Below are positions 36,778-45,934 of a stretch of 64,000 bases of DNA, piece by piece. A program made the translations under genes and the position numbers. Positions within the stretch are counted from its first letter, which is position 1. Each line of letters opens with the position of its first letter. The notes beneath the pieces were generated by a model. That model was not told the DNA's origin and did no database searches. It saw only the letters and a program-made list of their open reading frames with translations. This DNA comes from an uncultured Gammaproteobacteria bacterium (GTDB taxonomy: Bacteria; Patescibacteriota; Patescibacteriia; UBA9570; CAZNEH01): assembly GCA_964572175.1 (NCBI GenBank), contig CAZNEH010000001.1:9788-73787 (forward strand). Direction: 5' to 3'.

Positions 36778-39512
36778 AGTTTAGATATTTATTAATTTTA
36801 TGTGTAGTTTTTTTCCCGCTGGCCGGGCAAGCGTTGACTTTGGATTATGATGGGTGTTGGGAAAAAGAAAGTAGTGCCTCGGCGATAGTCTTGAACATGC
36901 AGGGTTTTGAATGTGAGATTACGGTAGCTGGAAATGTGAATGAACAAATTTCTTTTACAGTAGAGCATGTGGATCCGGATTATTTTTTAGTAGATAATTA
37001 TGATTCTATAACTCGGGATGGAAATGAACTAAGCTTTACTAAAGTTTTAACAGCTAATGAAGAGGTGATAAATATTTCACCTTGGGAAGAGTTGGATGAT
37101 TTTTATTTTGTGGGAATGAGTGATCCGCAGCCAGACTCTGATCAATTATATGATCCGACTCATAAAGGAATTTTACAGCAAGTAGATATTATTAATCCTT
37201 ATTTTACTCTAATAGCCGGAGACCTTACTTTTGGTAGTAACACTGAAGCAGAAGTTCAAATTGATGCTGAGGGTTTTTTGACTGTGATGGAAGAAAATTT
37301 AAATACTTCTTGGTTTACAGCAGTGGGTAATCATGATGTAGAAGTAAGTATGGATTTATATACAGATTATTTTGGGTCAACTTATTATTCTTTTGATTTT
37401 GGAGGGGCGCATTTTATGAGTCTTTCTACAGAAGAAGATGGAGAAGAAAATAGCATAGAAGGAACGCAGTACACTTGGTTGCAGTCTGATTTGGCTAATT
37501 CTAGTGCAGACAAGAAAATTGCTTATTATCATCGGCCGTTAGTACCTCCATCTTGGGCTAGTTACACAGGCTGGGATGACCCTGACCAAGCCACTACTGT
37601 AGCGGGTTTATTTGACCAAAACGGGGTAGATTTGGTGTTAAATGGGCATTCTCATGGTTATGATTACGAGTTAATAGATAGTAGTGATTTTTCTAGTGTC
37701 AGTAACGGATTTTATCAGTTGGTTTCTGCGGGAGCTGGAGGGACTTTAGTTAGCGGAGAGAATCATTATGTATTAGTTCATGTTTCCGATGATGGGGTAG
37801 AGTATGAGAAAATTGATTATGATAGTTTTTATATTACTAAAAGCACAGAAGATTTAAATGACGGTACCGAAGATGAGGTGACAATTACAGTAACTAACTC
37901 TGGAGAAATAGATTGGGACTGGGCTAGAACTAAATTTTTATTAAGTGGATCTTATGTTCATGCTGAGGATCAAGATGGAAATTATTTAGACCATAGTGAT
38001 TATCAATTTGATGATTATCATGTAGTTTACGTAACCAGTGATATTCCAGCGGGAACATCTAAGGAAATTACAGTTAAGAAAAATCATAAAGCTCATACTG
38101 GAGTGACTAATACTTATAATAATGAAGGAAATGTTTCTTATTCAGAAAACCCAGAGAGCAGCGAGACTCAGATAGACTTAGAAGCTCAGACTTCTAAGGG
38201 AACAGCAGCTGTAACTGTTACAGATTGGGAGGGTAAAAGTTGGCAAGAAGTGGCGAGTAAAAAAAGTGTTCAAACAACTTATACAGTCGGTGATTTAACG
38301 GCTGATTATTGCTATGTGGTAAAAGTTAATGATTCTAATTTTGGTCGGTATTGCGCAGATGATGACGGGGCGATTAGTTTTACTTATGATAAAGAAGTTA
38401 AAAACAGAACTTATGAGATTACGGCTGAAACTGATTGGTACCCTGGAAAAGTGGCGGTAGCGCCTTATTCTGATGGTGGGGCACAGGTGAGAATGTTTAA
38501 TTCTAACGGAAAAACATTAGATCAATTTAGAATTTATAAAAATACTTGGGAAGGCGGGTTTAATTTAGCTTGGGGAGACTTAGATGGAGATAGAGAGGGC
38601 GAGTTGATTACTTTACCTAAAGAAGGAAATAGAGCCTTACTGCAAGCGTTTACAGATAGCGGAAGCTTATTAGCTAAGAAGCGAGTTTTTTCTAAAGATT
38701 TTAAAAGTGGAGCGCGGATAGCCGTGGGTGATATTGATGGAAATGGAAAAGACGAGATAGTAGTAGCTGGACCTAAAAGAATTAAAGTTTATAGGTATCG
38801 ATCTAAAAAAGATGATTTTAAATTAATTACTTCAAAAAGTGTTTATGGAGATGATTTTGAAGGAGACTTGCAGGTAGTTTTAGGGCAAGTTAATGATAAT
38901 GATAAGCTAGAAATTTTAGTGGGACCAAATACTGGGCAAGGTAATTTAAAGATTTATAAATTTACTAGCAGTAAATTAAGTTTAATTGGTCAAGAAGAGA
39001 CTCATGTAAATGAATTTGATGGCTTGAGCATAGCCGTAGGTGATATTAATAATAAGGGTAGAGCAGAAATAGCCGTAGCCGCCAATGGGTTAATTAAGTT
39101 TTATAGATTTACTAGTAGTAAAGAGGTAAAGTTTGTTAAGAAAAAAAGACCATATAAAAATTATTACGGAGATTTAGATATAGCTTTGGGAGATTTAAAT
39201 GGTAAGCCAAAAACAGAATTAGTAGTAGCTCCACAAGGAGGTCAAGATTTATTAAAAGTTTATAAGTTTAAGAGTAATAACACTTTTGAGCTACTAGATA
39301 AAAAAGAGCCTTATGGAGAGGGTTATAATTATGGAATGCAGGTGGAATTAGTGGATACTGATGATGATTGTGACATGGAAATAGTTTTAACTCCTTTACA
39401 AGGAAGCCCTAATACTAGGTTATATGATTTTGGGACAGACCTGGATTTAGAGGACTGGTGGTGGGCTTATGACACCGACTTTACAGGTGGGGTAAATGCT
39501 GCTACATTGTAG
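36774..39512 (+). CDS. Secreted metallophosphoesterase with FG-GAP-like C-terminal repeats
   Basis: DPQ, GDL, GNHD, NGHSH motifs; GDLDGD repeats. Confidence 0.85.
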   Translation: MKFRYLLILCVVFFPLAGQALTLDYDGCWEKESSASAIVLNMQGFECEITVAGNVNEQISFTVEHVDPDYFLVDNYDSITRDGNELSFTKVLTANEEVINISPWEELDDFYFVGMSDPQPDSDQLYDPTHKGILQQVDIINPYFTLIAGDLTFGSNTEAEVQIDAEGFLTVMEENLNTSWFTAVGNHDVEVSMDLYTDYFGSTYYSFDFGGAHFMSLSTEEDGEENSIEGTQYTWLQSDLANSSADKKIAYYHRPLVPPSWASYTGWDDPDQATTVAGLFDQNGVDLVLNGHSHGYDYELIDSSDFSSVSNGFYQLVSAGAGGTLVSGENHYVLVHVSDDGVEYEKIDYDSFYITKSTEDLNDGTEDEVTITVTNSGEIDWDWARTKFLLSGSYVHAEDQDGNYLDHSDYQFDDYHVVYVTSDIPAGTSKEITVKKNHKAHTGVTNTYNNEGNVSYSENPESSETQIDLEAQTSKGTAAVTVTDWEGKSWQEVASKKSVQTTYTVGDLTADYCYVVKVNDSNFGRYCADDDGAISFTYDKEVKNRTYEITAETDWYPGKVAVAPYSDGGAQVRMFNSNGKTLDQFRIYKNTWEGGFNLAWGDLDGDREGELITLPKEGNRALLQAFTDSGSLLAKKRVFSKDFKSGARIAVGDIDGNGKDEIVVAGPKRIKVYRYRSKKDDFKLITSKSVYGDDFEGDLQVVLGQVNDNDKLEILVGPNTGQGNLKIYKFTSSKLSLIGQEETHVNEFDGLSIAVGDINNKGRAEIAVAANGLIKFYRFTSSKEVKFVKKKRPYKNYYGDLDIALGDLNGKPKTELVVAPQGGQDLLKVYKFKSNNTFELLDKKEPYGEGYNYGMQVELVDTDDDCDMEIVLTPLQGSPNTRLYDFGTDLDLEDWWWAYDTDFTGGVNAATL

Positions 39513-39514
39513 CC

Positions 39515-39540
39515 TGAAATAAATAATAAATACGTGCGTA
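39515..39540 (+). promoter_or_regulatory. ECF (SigW-like) promoter
   Basis: TGAAAT-N16-CGTA just upstream of the sigma gene. Confidence 0.7.
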
Positions 39541-39551
39541 TTATATAGTAT

Positions 39552-40100
39552 ATGGACCAAAAATTGGTGTTAGCTGCTTTGAAAAACCCTGATGATTATA
39601 CCCAAATAGTTCAAAAGTACGAAAAGCCTATTTTAAGCTATATTATGCGGATTTCGGGTGTTAGCTACCAAGAGGCCGAAGACATTGGGCAGGAAATATT
39701 TTTAAAAGCATATACTAATTTAAATGATTACGACCAGCGGAGGAAGTTTTCGACTTGGCTTTTTTCGATTGCTCATAACGAGACTATTTCTCATTGGCGA
39801 AAGAATAAAAAGCGTTTAAAAGACTTGGACATAGAAGATGATGTGCTGCAGAATATTTTGCCAGATGAATTTGACATGGTTAAAAATATTGATGATAAAG
39901 TTTTAAAACAAGAAATAAAAGAAGCTATTAAAAAGTTGGATATTAAATATCGGGAAGTTTTGCAGTTGAAGTATTATGATGATTTATCTTATGAAGAGAT
40001 TTCTGATATTATTAAAAAGCCAGTTAATACTGTAGGGACGTTGTTGAATCGAGCCAAGAAGAAGTTAGAAAAGTTATTAGCCAATAAAAAATATGACTAA
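39552..40100 (+). CDS. ECF RNA polymerase sigma factor
   Basis: AEDIGQEIFLKAY, FSTWLFSIAHN, region 4 SYEEISDII..NTVGTLLNRA. Confidence 0.95.
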   Translation: MDQKLVLAALKNPDDYTQIVQKYEKPILSYIMRISGVSYQEAEDIGQEIFLKAYTNLNDYDQRRKFSTWLFSIAHNETISHWRKNKKRLKDLDIEDDVLQNILPDEFDMVKNIDDKVLKQEIKEAIKKLDIKYREVLQLKYYDDLSYEEISDIIKKPVNTVGTLLNRAKKKLEKLLANKKYD

Positions 40101-40764
40101 CATAGCCGAAGAGATTAAGAAAAAAATAGAAGAAAAAAAGCTCAAGCCAAAGCCAAGAGTGTGGTTTGTAATTAAGCATGTTTTGTTATTGGCTGGAGCA
40201 GTTGTTTCTCTAATATTTATTAGTTTAGCTTTAAGTTTAAGCTGGGAGATTTTAGAGGATCAAGAAATTTGGGCTTTACGTCGAAAGATATTTTTAATGG
40301 TTGAAGCGATTCCTTATTTTTGGATTGGAATAGCTGTGATTGTGGGAGTCCTTGGTTATTTGGATTTAAAAAAGACTAAGCGAGGGTATAAAGTGCGGCT
40401 ATGGAAGGTTTTAGGAGGAATGGCTTTAGTTTGTTTATTTTTAGCGAGTATATTTTATTTTGTGGGAGTAGCTGAAAAAGCAGAAGAAAGATTAGAAAAG
40501 AGAATGAAGGGGTATCATAAAGTAGTGCCATTTTCCGAACATCATTGGATGCAGCCAGAACGTGGTTTATTAATGGGAGATGTTTTAGATATTTCAGAGG
40601 AAGAAATAGAATTAGAAGATTTAGAAGAAAATTATTGGATAGTAATAATTGAAGAGGATACTAGATTTGGGAAAAAAGGAAAACCAGAAAAAGGCCATAG
40701 AATTAAAGTTTTAGGTGAAGAAGAGGAGGAAGAGTTTAGATTTAAGGCTGAGTTTGTGAAATAA
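40093..40764 (+). CDS. Membrane protein, putative anti-sigma factor
   Basis: Overlaps the sigma stop; three TM helices plus extracytoplasmic domain. Confidence 0.6.
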   Translation: MTNIAEEIKKKIEEKKLKPKPRVWFVIKHVLLLAGAVVSLIFISLALSLSWEILEDQEIWALRRKIFLMVEAIPYFWIGIAVIVGVLGYLDLKKTKRGYKVRLWKVLGGMALVCLFLASIFYFVGVAEKAEERLEKRMKGYHKVVPFSEHHWMQPERGLLMGDVLDISEEEIELEDLEENYWIVIIEEDTRFGKKGKPEKGHRIKVLGEEEEEEFRFKAEFVK

Positions 40765-40782
40765 TATTTTTTAATTGTCGTA
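40757..40782 (+). promoter_or_regulatory. Second ECF (SigW-like) promoter
   Basis: TGAAAT-N16-CGTA upstream of 40821. Confidence 0.7.
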
Positions 40783-40820
40783 TTACTTAGTGTCTAGACA
40801 AGATTATTAAAAAAATTATT

Positions 40821-41186
40821 ATGACTAAAAAAAGTAAAGTAATTAGTATTTCATCATTATTAGCAGTAGTTGGGATCGTTGGAGCCCTAGGCTTTGCCGG
40901 AGTCAGCTATGCTCATGAAAGAAATGATGTTGATCATCAAGAGCATCGAGCAGAAATGGATCAAATTTTTGCTGATCGTGACTACGAAGCTTGGAAAGAA
41001 GTAATTGAATCTAAGCCAAAGATCACTGATTATGTAAATGAAGAAAACTTTGATCGTTTTGCAGAGATGCATGAGTTAATGCAAAGCGGCGATAAAGAAG
41101 CAGCTGATGAGATTCGTAAAGAACTAGGCTTGCCTGAGAAAATGGGAAAGAAAGGAAAGGGCATGCACGGAAAAAGATTTCAATAA
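40821..41186 (+). CDS. Secreted helical protein, likely ECF target
   Basis: Signal peptide; Met/His-rich. Confidence 0.7.
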   Translation: MTKKSKVISISSLLAVVGIVGALGFAGVSYAHERNDVDHQEHRAEMDQIFADRDYEAWKEVIESKPKITDYVNEENFDRFAEMHELMQSGDKEAADEIRKELGLPEKMGKKGKGMHGKRFQ

Positions 41187-41238
41187 CATATAAAAATCCC
41201 CCGACTCCTCCGCCAGGGGATTTTTTATTTACAGATAA

Positions 41239-42129
41239 TTATCTAATGAATTCGCTTTGATATTCAGGGTTTATTTTTTTAGTGAAGCAAATTTCACCAG
41301 TGTCGTGCTCCCAGGTGTTTGCGGGAATGGTCATGTCGTACTTATTACTGAATTCGTAGCCATAGCTAGGGAAGTTGAACTCGGTACAGATTTGATAATG
41401 GGTTTCGTCAGTAATAGTGTATTGATAAGCTTCTTTGTAATCGTCGAAATCAGTAATATTTTCTGGGAGAGCTTTTTGATTATTATAGTAAGAGCTAATA
41501 CTGTAGTCTAGAGATTCTAGGTCATTAATTTTATCTTGGTCGATGTTGCGAAGTCTTTGATTAGCTGGAGAGCCAACAAAGAAGAATCCGGCGATTATAG
41601 CAGCTAGAACAACTATAGAGGTAAAGATAAATAAAAAGCGAAGTTGTTTGTCGTATTTATTTTTTAAGTCAACAATATAGTAACCGAAAACAATTCCGGC
41701 GACAAAGAAGACGGTTAAAACTTTTAAGGCAAAAGCCATGGTTAGGCCGCCGTATAAGAAGCCGATTAATAAGGCAATTAAGTTTCCGATAATTAATAGG
41801 GCAGTAACAAATAAAGTGAAGTAAACTAACCACTTACGTAAAAACATTTCTTTTTTCCAAGCATCTTTGGCATAGCTTTTTTTAATTAGCCAGGTGCTGA
41901 TTACATAAACAGGGTAGGTGATAATTAAAAAGGCCAGTCCACTGCGAATGAGGTCGTAAGCTCCTTCGATTTGATAGGAGTGGATGTAGTCCTCGGCTAA
42001 TAGGTCTGGCATTAATAGGTTGATAATTTGGAAGATAACCACCATAAAGCTGATAGCACTGGCATACAGCATAATGACGGAAAGGAGGTGCATAAACACG
42101 TCCTTGGCGGAGATTGGTTTTTGTTGCAT
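41239..42129 (-). CDS. DUF5671-like membrane protein
   Basis: KDVFMHLLS, RKWLVYFTLF, GSPANQR, YQICTEF. Confidence 0.75.
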   Translation of the reverse strand: MQQKPISAKDVFMHLLSVIMLYASAISFMVVIFQIINLLMPDLLAEDYIHSYQIEGAYDLIRSGLAFLIITYPVYVISTWLIKKSYAKDAWKKEMFLRKWLVYFTLFVTALLIIGNLIALLIGFLYGGLTMAFALKVLTVFFVAGIVFGYYIVDLKNKYDKQLRFLFIFTSIVVLAAIIAGFFFVGSPANQRLRNIDQDKINDLESLDYSISSYYNNQKALPENITDFDDYKEAYQYTITDETHYQICTEFNFPSYGYEFSNKYDMTIPANTWEHDTGEICFTKKINPEYQSEFIR

Positions 42130-42252
42130 ATTTTTTTATTTTAATGATTCTTTAATTATAACACAATATCTATAAAATAAATAAATTTTAGTTGACAGGG
42201 GTAGTTTATTTAGGTAAGATATTTACGAATCCACAAGCAAGAGGAGGAAATC

Positions 42253-42507
42253 TTGCAAGGACAGACACAGAGAGACAAGCATCCGGCCAAGCATGGCTGG
42301 GTCAAGGTCAAGAAGCTGGTGAACAACTCTCGTGGCCGACGGCGCCCGAAGCGCGTCTGGGTCCAGAGCGGCGATGCTCCTGGTAAGAAGGAGGAGCGCA
42401 TCAGGGCCAAGAAGAAGCGCGAGGCTCAGCAGAGAGCGGCAGCTCAAGAGGCCCGGAGGAAAAGGGATGAAGAGGAGCGCCGAGCAGCACGCCGCCGCTG
42501 GTGGTAG
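42253..42507 (+). CDS. 84-aa Arg/Lys-rich protein (cassette 1)
   Basis: GAGGAGG RBS with TTG start; TTGACA-N17-TAAGAT (42192-42220). Confidence 0.65.
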   Translation: MQGQTQRDKHPAKHGWVKVKKLVNNSRGRRRPKRVWVQSGDAPGKKEERIRAKKKREAQQRAAAQEARRKRDEEERRAARRRWW

Positions 42508-42624
42508 CTGGTTTTCAGCGACGAGTGTGAATACCCCCCCCTGCAGCTCTACGGAGTTGACAGGGGTTATTTTTTTATTCTATACTTACATTACAATTTT
42601 TCAAACCGACGAAGGAAGATTCCC

Positions 42625-42834
42625 ATGAAGATGCTCAAGTGCGAGAACTGTGGATACCCTATGCCAGTATCTGGCAAAATCAACGAAGATGATGGCCTGC
42701 GGTGCCCGATCTGCAACGGGCTGATGAAGAAGCCTGGGGCCGGGGAGCCGACGACCGAGGTGGACATCACCGAACGTCCCTTCATTCCGCCGCGGCCACT
42801 GCCGCCGCCGACCGAGATCCCGGCCTACGCTTAG
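42625..42834 (+). CDS. 69-aa Zn-ribbon protein with Pro-rich tail (cassette 2)
   Basis: CENCG..CPICNG; TTGACA-N18-TATACT. Confidence 0.75.
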   Translation: MKMLKCENCGYPMPVSGKINEDDGLRCPICNGLMKKPGAGEPTTEVDITERPFIPPRPLPPPTEIPAYA

Positions 42835-42961
42835 GCCAAGGACAACTTCGCGGGCATTAGCCCCACGACCCTAGGATGAGATTCATCTGATGGGTCGCTT
42901 TTTTTGACTAAAACAGGGTGGGGTGGTAGGCTAAAGTTAGCGTAAACCAAGGGAGGTACGC

Positions 42962-43348
42962 ATGTGTGAGAAAAGGTATTTCTTCGATGATCGTCAGTCC
43001 ACCCAGTTCAAGTGCGTCTGCGGGGGATCGGTCGTGGTTCTGGAGCATGATGCTCAGGCCGAGAAGATCGGGTGTCAGTCCTGCGGCAAGACGGCTCGGG
43101 TTCGTCCGAGTGCTTCTCCAGACACTCTGATCGAGTGCCAGCCGGAGAAGTGGTCGGGGACGAACTTCTACCTCGAGAACCATGGGCCCGACAAGGGCTG
43201 GACTCACTGCGGCCAGCCCATGGTGATCATCGGTCGTCTGGATGCTCACCTGTGGCCAGTTGGCTGCCAGGTCTGTGGAGCCATGGGCCATGTCGGACAC
43301 AACTCCACGCCCGAGGACTGGCCGCCCGACGGCAGCTGCTCTGGCTAG
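42962..43348 (+). CDS. 128-aa double Zn-ribbon protein (cassette 3)
   Basis: CVCG..CQSCG and HCG..CQVCG; GGGAGG RBS. Confidence 0.75.
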   Translation: MCEKRYFFDDRQSTQFKCVCGGSVVVLEHDAQAEKIGCQSCGKTARVRPSASPDTLIECQPEKWSGTNFYLENHGPDKGWTHCGQPMVIIGRLDAHLWPVGCQVCGAMGHVGHNSTPEDWPPDGSCSG

Positions 43349-43486
43349 AGCACACAACGACTTGTTCGATGACCTATATTGGGGGATATAGGTCATATTT
43401 TTTTCCGCCTTCGCAGACTGCGGCGGACAAGTTTGACTCTAATGGGGTGGGATGGTAGGGTTAAATTAACAAGGGAGGATTTAGAA

Positions 43487-43882
43487 ATGTCTAAGAGAAG
43501 TGAACCTTTTGACGCTTGCTTGGCTGGCTGGATGGAGTTGGAAGAGATGATGCTTCGGGATCGGCCCCCAGTTCGAGCGAGGAAGCTCAAGAAAGGGATG
43601 CTGAAGCGCTGGTCCTGGGTGACCAATTCCCGCGGGAAAAAGGTTCGGCGTAAGACCTGGGGTAAGCCTGGTCCGCCGCCGAAGCCTCGTTCGGGTAATC
43701 TAGTGGCCTTCAACGCTTCGGATCAGTGGCGGCTGCACCGGGCGGCTGGAGTTAAGAGCCGGAGGGACTGGGATAGGCTGACCACTTGCCAACAGGACGA
43801 GGTTTTTATGAAGGCCCTGGAAGATGGTTTGGAGCCCTTTAGCCTGGTCGATGGCTATCGGCACTTCTGCCGTGGCGACTAA
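43487..43882 (+). CDS. 131-aa basic protein (cassette 4)
   Basis: AAGGGAGG RBS before ATG 43487; TTGACT-N17-TAGGGT. Confidence 0.7.
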   Translation: MSKRSEPFDACLAGWMELEEMMLRDRPPVRARKLKKGMLKRWSWVTNSRGKKVRRKTWGKPGPPPKPRSGNLVAFNASDQWRLHRAAGVKSRRDWDRLTTCQQDEVFMKALEDGLEPFSLVDGYRHFCRGD

Positions 43883-43991
43883 CCCCTGTTCAACCCGAGT
43901 GGTTGACAGGGGGTATTTTTATTTGGGTTGACCCGGGGAGGGTTTTGTGCTAAGGTTAGGGCGCCTAATTCACAAAGGGAGGGCACACAAA

Positions 43992-44462
43992 ATGCTCGGT
44001 TTGATTTCCAGAGGCTGGCATATGTTCATGGGTCTGTGGGTGGAAGATATCGAGACGGTTCGCGGTGTTCCGCTGAAGCCTGGAGTGGTTCACGACCTCT
44101 TCATCTGCGGTGGCTGGCCGTTCAAGGCCGAGATCGTGCCGGAGTACGTGGCGATCAGGCCCAGGGGCGAGACCTGGCCGCTGGACTACGGTATGATGTC
44201 CAAGAGCTTCCGGCACCGTGACTCCAAGGCGCTGCAGGCCTACAACTGGTCCATGGTGCGTCGGACCGATGGCGGTCCCATGTTCGAGTGCGACCACAAC
44301 ATCTTCGTCCTCCGCGTCCACAAGGGTGAACTTCCTCGACATGATCACTTCATCGCACGCGAGGGGCGTGATTTCTCTGAGGCCCAGGTCTTAGAGGTCA
44401 TCGACGACGAGAAGGATCTGATCATGTGCGTCTGGATCCGCGAGGCCGGGCTCGTCGAGTAG
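43992..44462 (+). CDS. 156-aa hypothetical protein (cassette 5)
   Basis: AAGGGAGGG RBS; TTGACC-N17-TAAGGT. Confidence 0.7.
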   Translation: MLGLISRGWHMFMGLWVEDIETVRGVPLKPGVVHDLFICGGWPFKAEIVPEYVAIRPRGETWPLDYGMMSKSFRHRDSKALQAYNWSMVRRTDGGPMFECDHNIFVLRVHKGELPRHDHFIAREGRDFSEAQVLEVIDDEKDLIMCVWIREAGLVE

Positions 44463-44586
44463 CGGCGAAGACAACTAGTTCGATGACCTATATCGGGGGG
44501 ATATAGGTCGTTTTTTTATTGACTTAGAGTGGGGGAGATGTTAGGGTAAAAATAGTGTTCAACTTCAACCCCGAGCTCGAGGTGAG

Positions 44587-44799
44587 ATGATGAAAGGTGC
44601 TGCTCTCAGCTGTGTTCCCTGTGACTGGACGGCGACTGATGTGTCCAATGCAAGGTTCTGTCCGTTCTGTGGAGATGATCTGGAGAAGAAGGGAGTCCTG
44701 GGCAAGAAGGTTCCCTTCCGGGTGAAGCTCTTGGCCCGCGTGCCCGTGACCGCGAGGCTCAGGCGCCTGGCTTCTATCTTCGGGGAAGACAAGCGCTAG
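44587..44799 (+). CDS. 70-aa Zn-ribbon protein (cassette 6)
   Basis: CVPC..FCPFCG; GAGGTG RBS; TTGACT-N17-TAGGGT. Confidence 0.7.
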   Translation: MMKGAALSCVPCDWTATDVSNARFCPFCGDDLEKKGVLGKKVPFRVKLLARVPVTARLRRLASIFGEDKR

Positions 44800-44927
44800 A
44801 CAGCGACGACGAGGTAAGTGTGGGCCGTGCCCGCCATAGTCCTGATTCATATCGGGACGACGGCGGGTCTATTTTTTTGACTAAAAAAACAGGGGATGTT
44901 AGAGTATTATTATCAAGGGGGAAAGAC

Positions 44928-45143
44928 ATGGATTTTAGTATTTTTCTAGTGGCAATGATCGTGGCTTCACTGGGCCTGGGTAAACACTTCGTTTTCAGGG
45001 GCGCAGAAAAAATGGATCGCTTCAAAAAGAATACGGGGCGCACCGTTACAGAGCGAGAAGAGGTACACGAGGCAGAGGGCCTTCTTCTGGCAGGGGGCAT
45101 CCTGATTTTCTTGGCGTTCAATGCCGCGATGTTCATTCTTTAG
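44928..45143 (+). CDS. 71-aa two-TM protein (cassette 7)
   Basis: Two hydrophobic helices; AAGGGGG RBS; TTGACT-N17-TAGAGT. Confidence 0.7.
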   Translation: MDFSIFLVAMIVASLGLGKHFVFRGAEKMDRFKKNTGRTVTEREEVHEAEGLLLAGGILIFLAFNAAMFIL

Positions 45144-45251
45144 CCCGCTACAGTCTTCGGACCACGGCGGGTTCTTTTTTTATTTGGGTTGACTCGGGAG
45201 GGTTTTGGTGCTAAGGTAAGGGCGCCTAATTCACAAGGGAGGGCATGTAAG

Positions 45252-45554
45252 ATGTTGTCATGGTTGGCTAGACCGTGGAATTCATTCATTGGTCTGTGGG
45301 TTCATGGTGCCCCTCAGATCGAGGATCAGCAGGTTTCCGAGCCGCTGCAGGTCGACGAGGTCGAGCTGGTGGTCGGGGAGACCTTCTTTTTCCAGAGGGA
45401 CAAGTTCTTCATCGTGATCACCTGGAGTGCTCGCAGCGCGCGGCGTCCGGTGGTCGGCGATCGGATCAAGGGATCGTCTGGGCAGGACGCGATCGTGCTG
45501 TCGACCATTCCTGGAGAGAAGAACAAGTACCTCTGCCGGATCATGATCGACTAG
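45252..45554 (+). CDS. 100-aa hypothetical protein, probable paralog of cassette 5 (cassette 8)
   Basis: Duplicated promoter/leader and similar N-terminus (F-x-GLWV). Confidence 0.7.
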   Translation: MLSWLARPWNSFIGLWVHGAPQIEDQQVSEPLQVDEVELVVGETFFFQRDKFFIVITWSARSARRPVVGDRIKGSSGQDAIVLSTIPGEKNKYLCRIMID

Positions 45555-45592
45555 GCAGAGCAGAACTACACGAATCACACGAGGAGGTGTGC

Positions 45593-45934
45593 ATGTCGGA
45601 AGCGAGGTACCACAAGAACCACTTCGGTCTGAAGGAGGGCTTCGAGCACTGCGGCCGGACCATGGTGATCATCGGATGTGGCGATCGTCTGGAGACGCTC
45701 GGCTGCCAGGTCTGCGGTCACACGCAGCACTCTGGCATGAACACGGAAAACTGGACGCCCACGTCGACGGATGACGAGGACGACGATCCGGAGGAGGAGT
45801 CAGCGCCTCGGCCCTGGCTTCGAGATTCGGGTCCCAGCTCCTGCGAAGGGTGTACTCGTTACGGGGAGACCTGTTCCGGGTCTACCTTCGGAGAATCGTG
45901 CACCGACGCAGATGATGGACACCGTAGCTGGTGA
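45593..45934 (+). CDS. 113-aa Cys-rich protein sharing a domain with cassette 3 (cassette 9)
   Basis: GAGGAGG RBS; HCGRTMVIIG..GCQVCG. Confidence 0.7.
   Translation: MSEARYHKNHFGLKEGFEHCGRTMVIIGCGDRLETLGCQVCGHTQHSGMNTENWTPTSTDDEDDDPEEESAPRPWLRDSGPSSCEGCTRYGETCSGSTFGESCTDADDGHRSW

Noticed and set aside
43405-43431. CCGCCTTCGCAGACTGCGGCGGACAAG as a cassette-specific signal
   Set aside because: Single copy resembling generic short REP-like palindromes, like those near 11149, 24179, 55998 and 63898.
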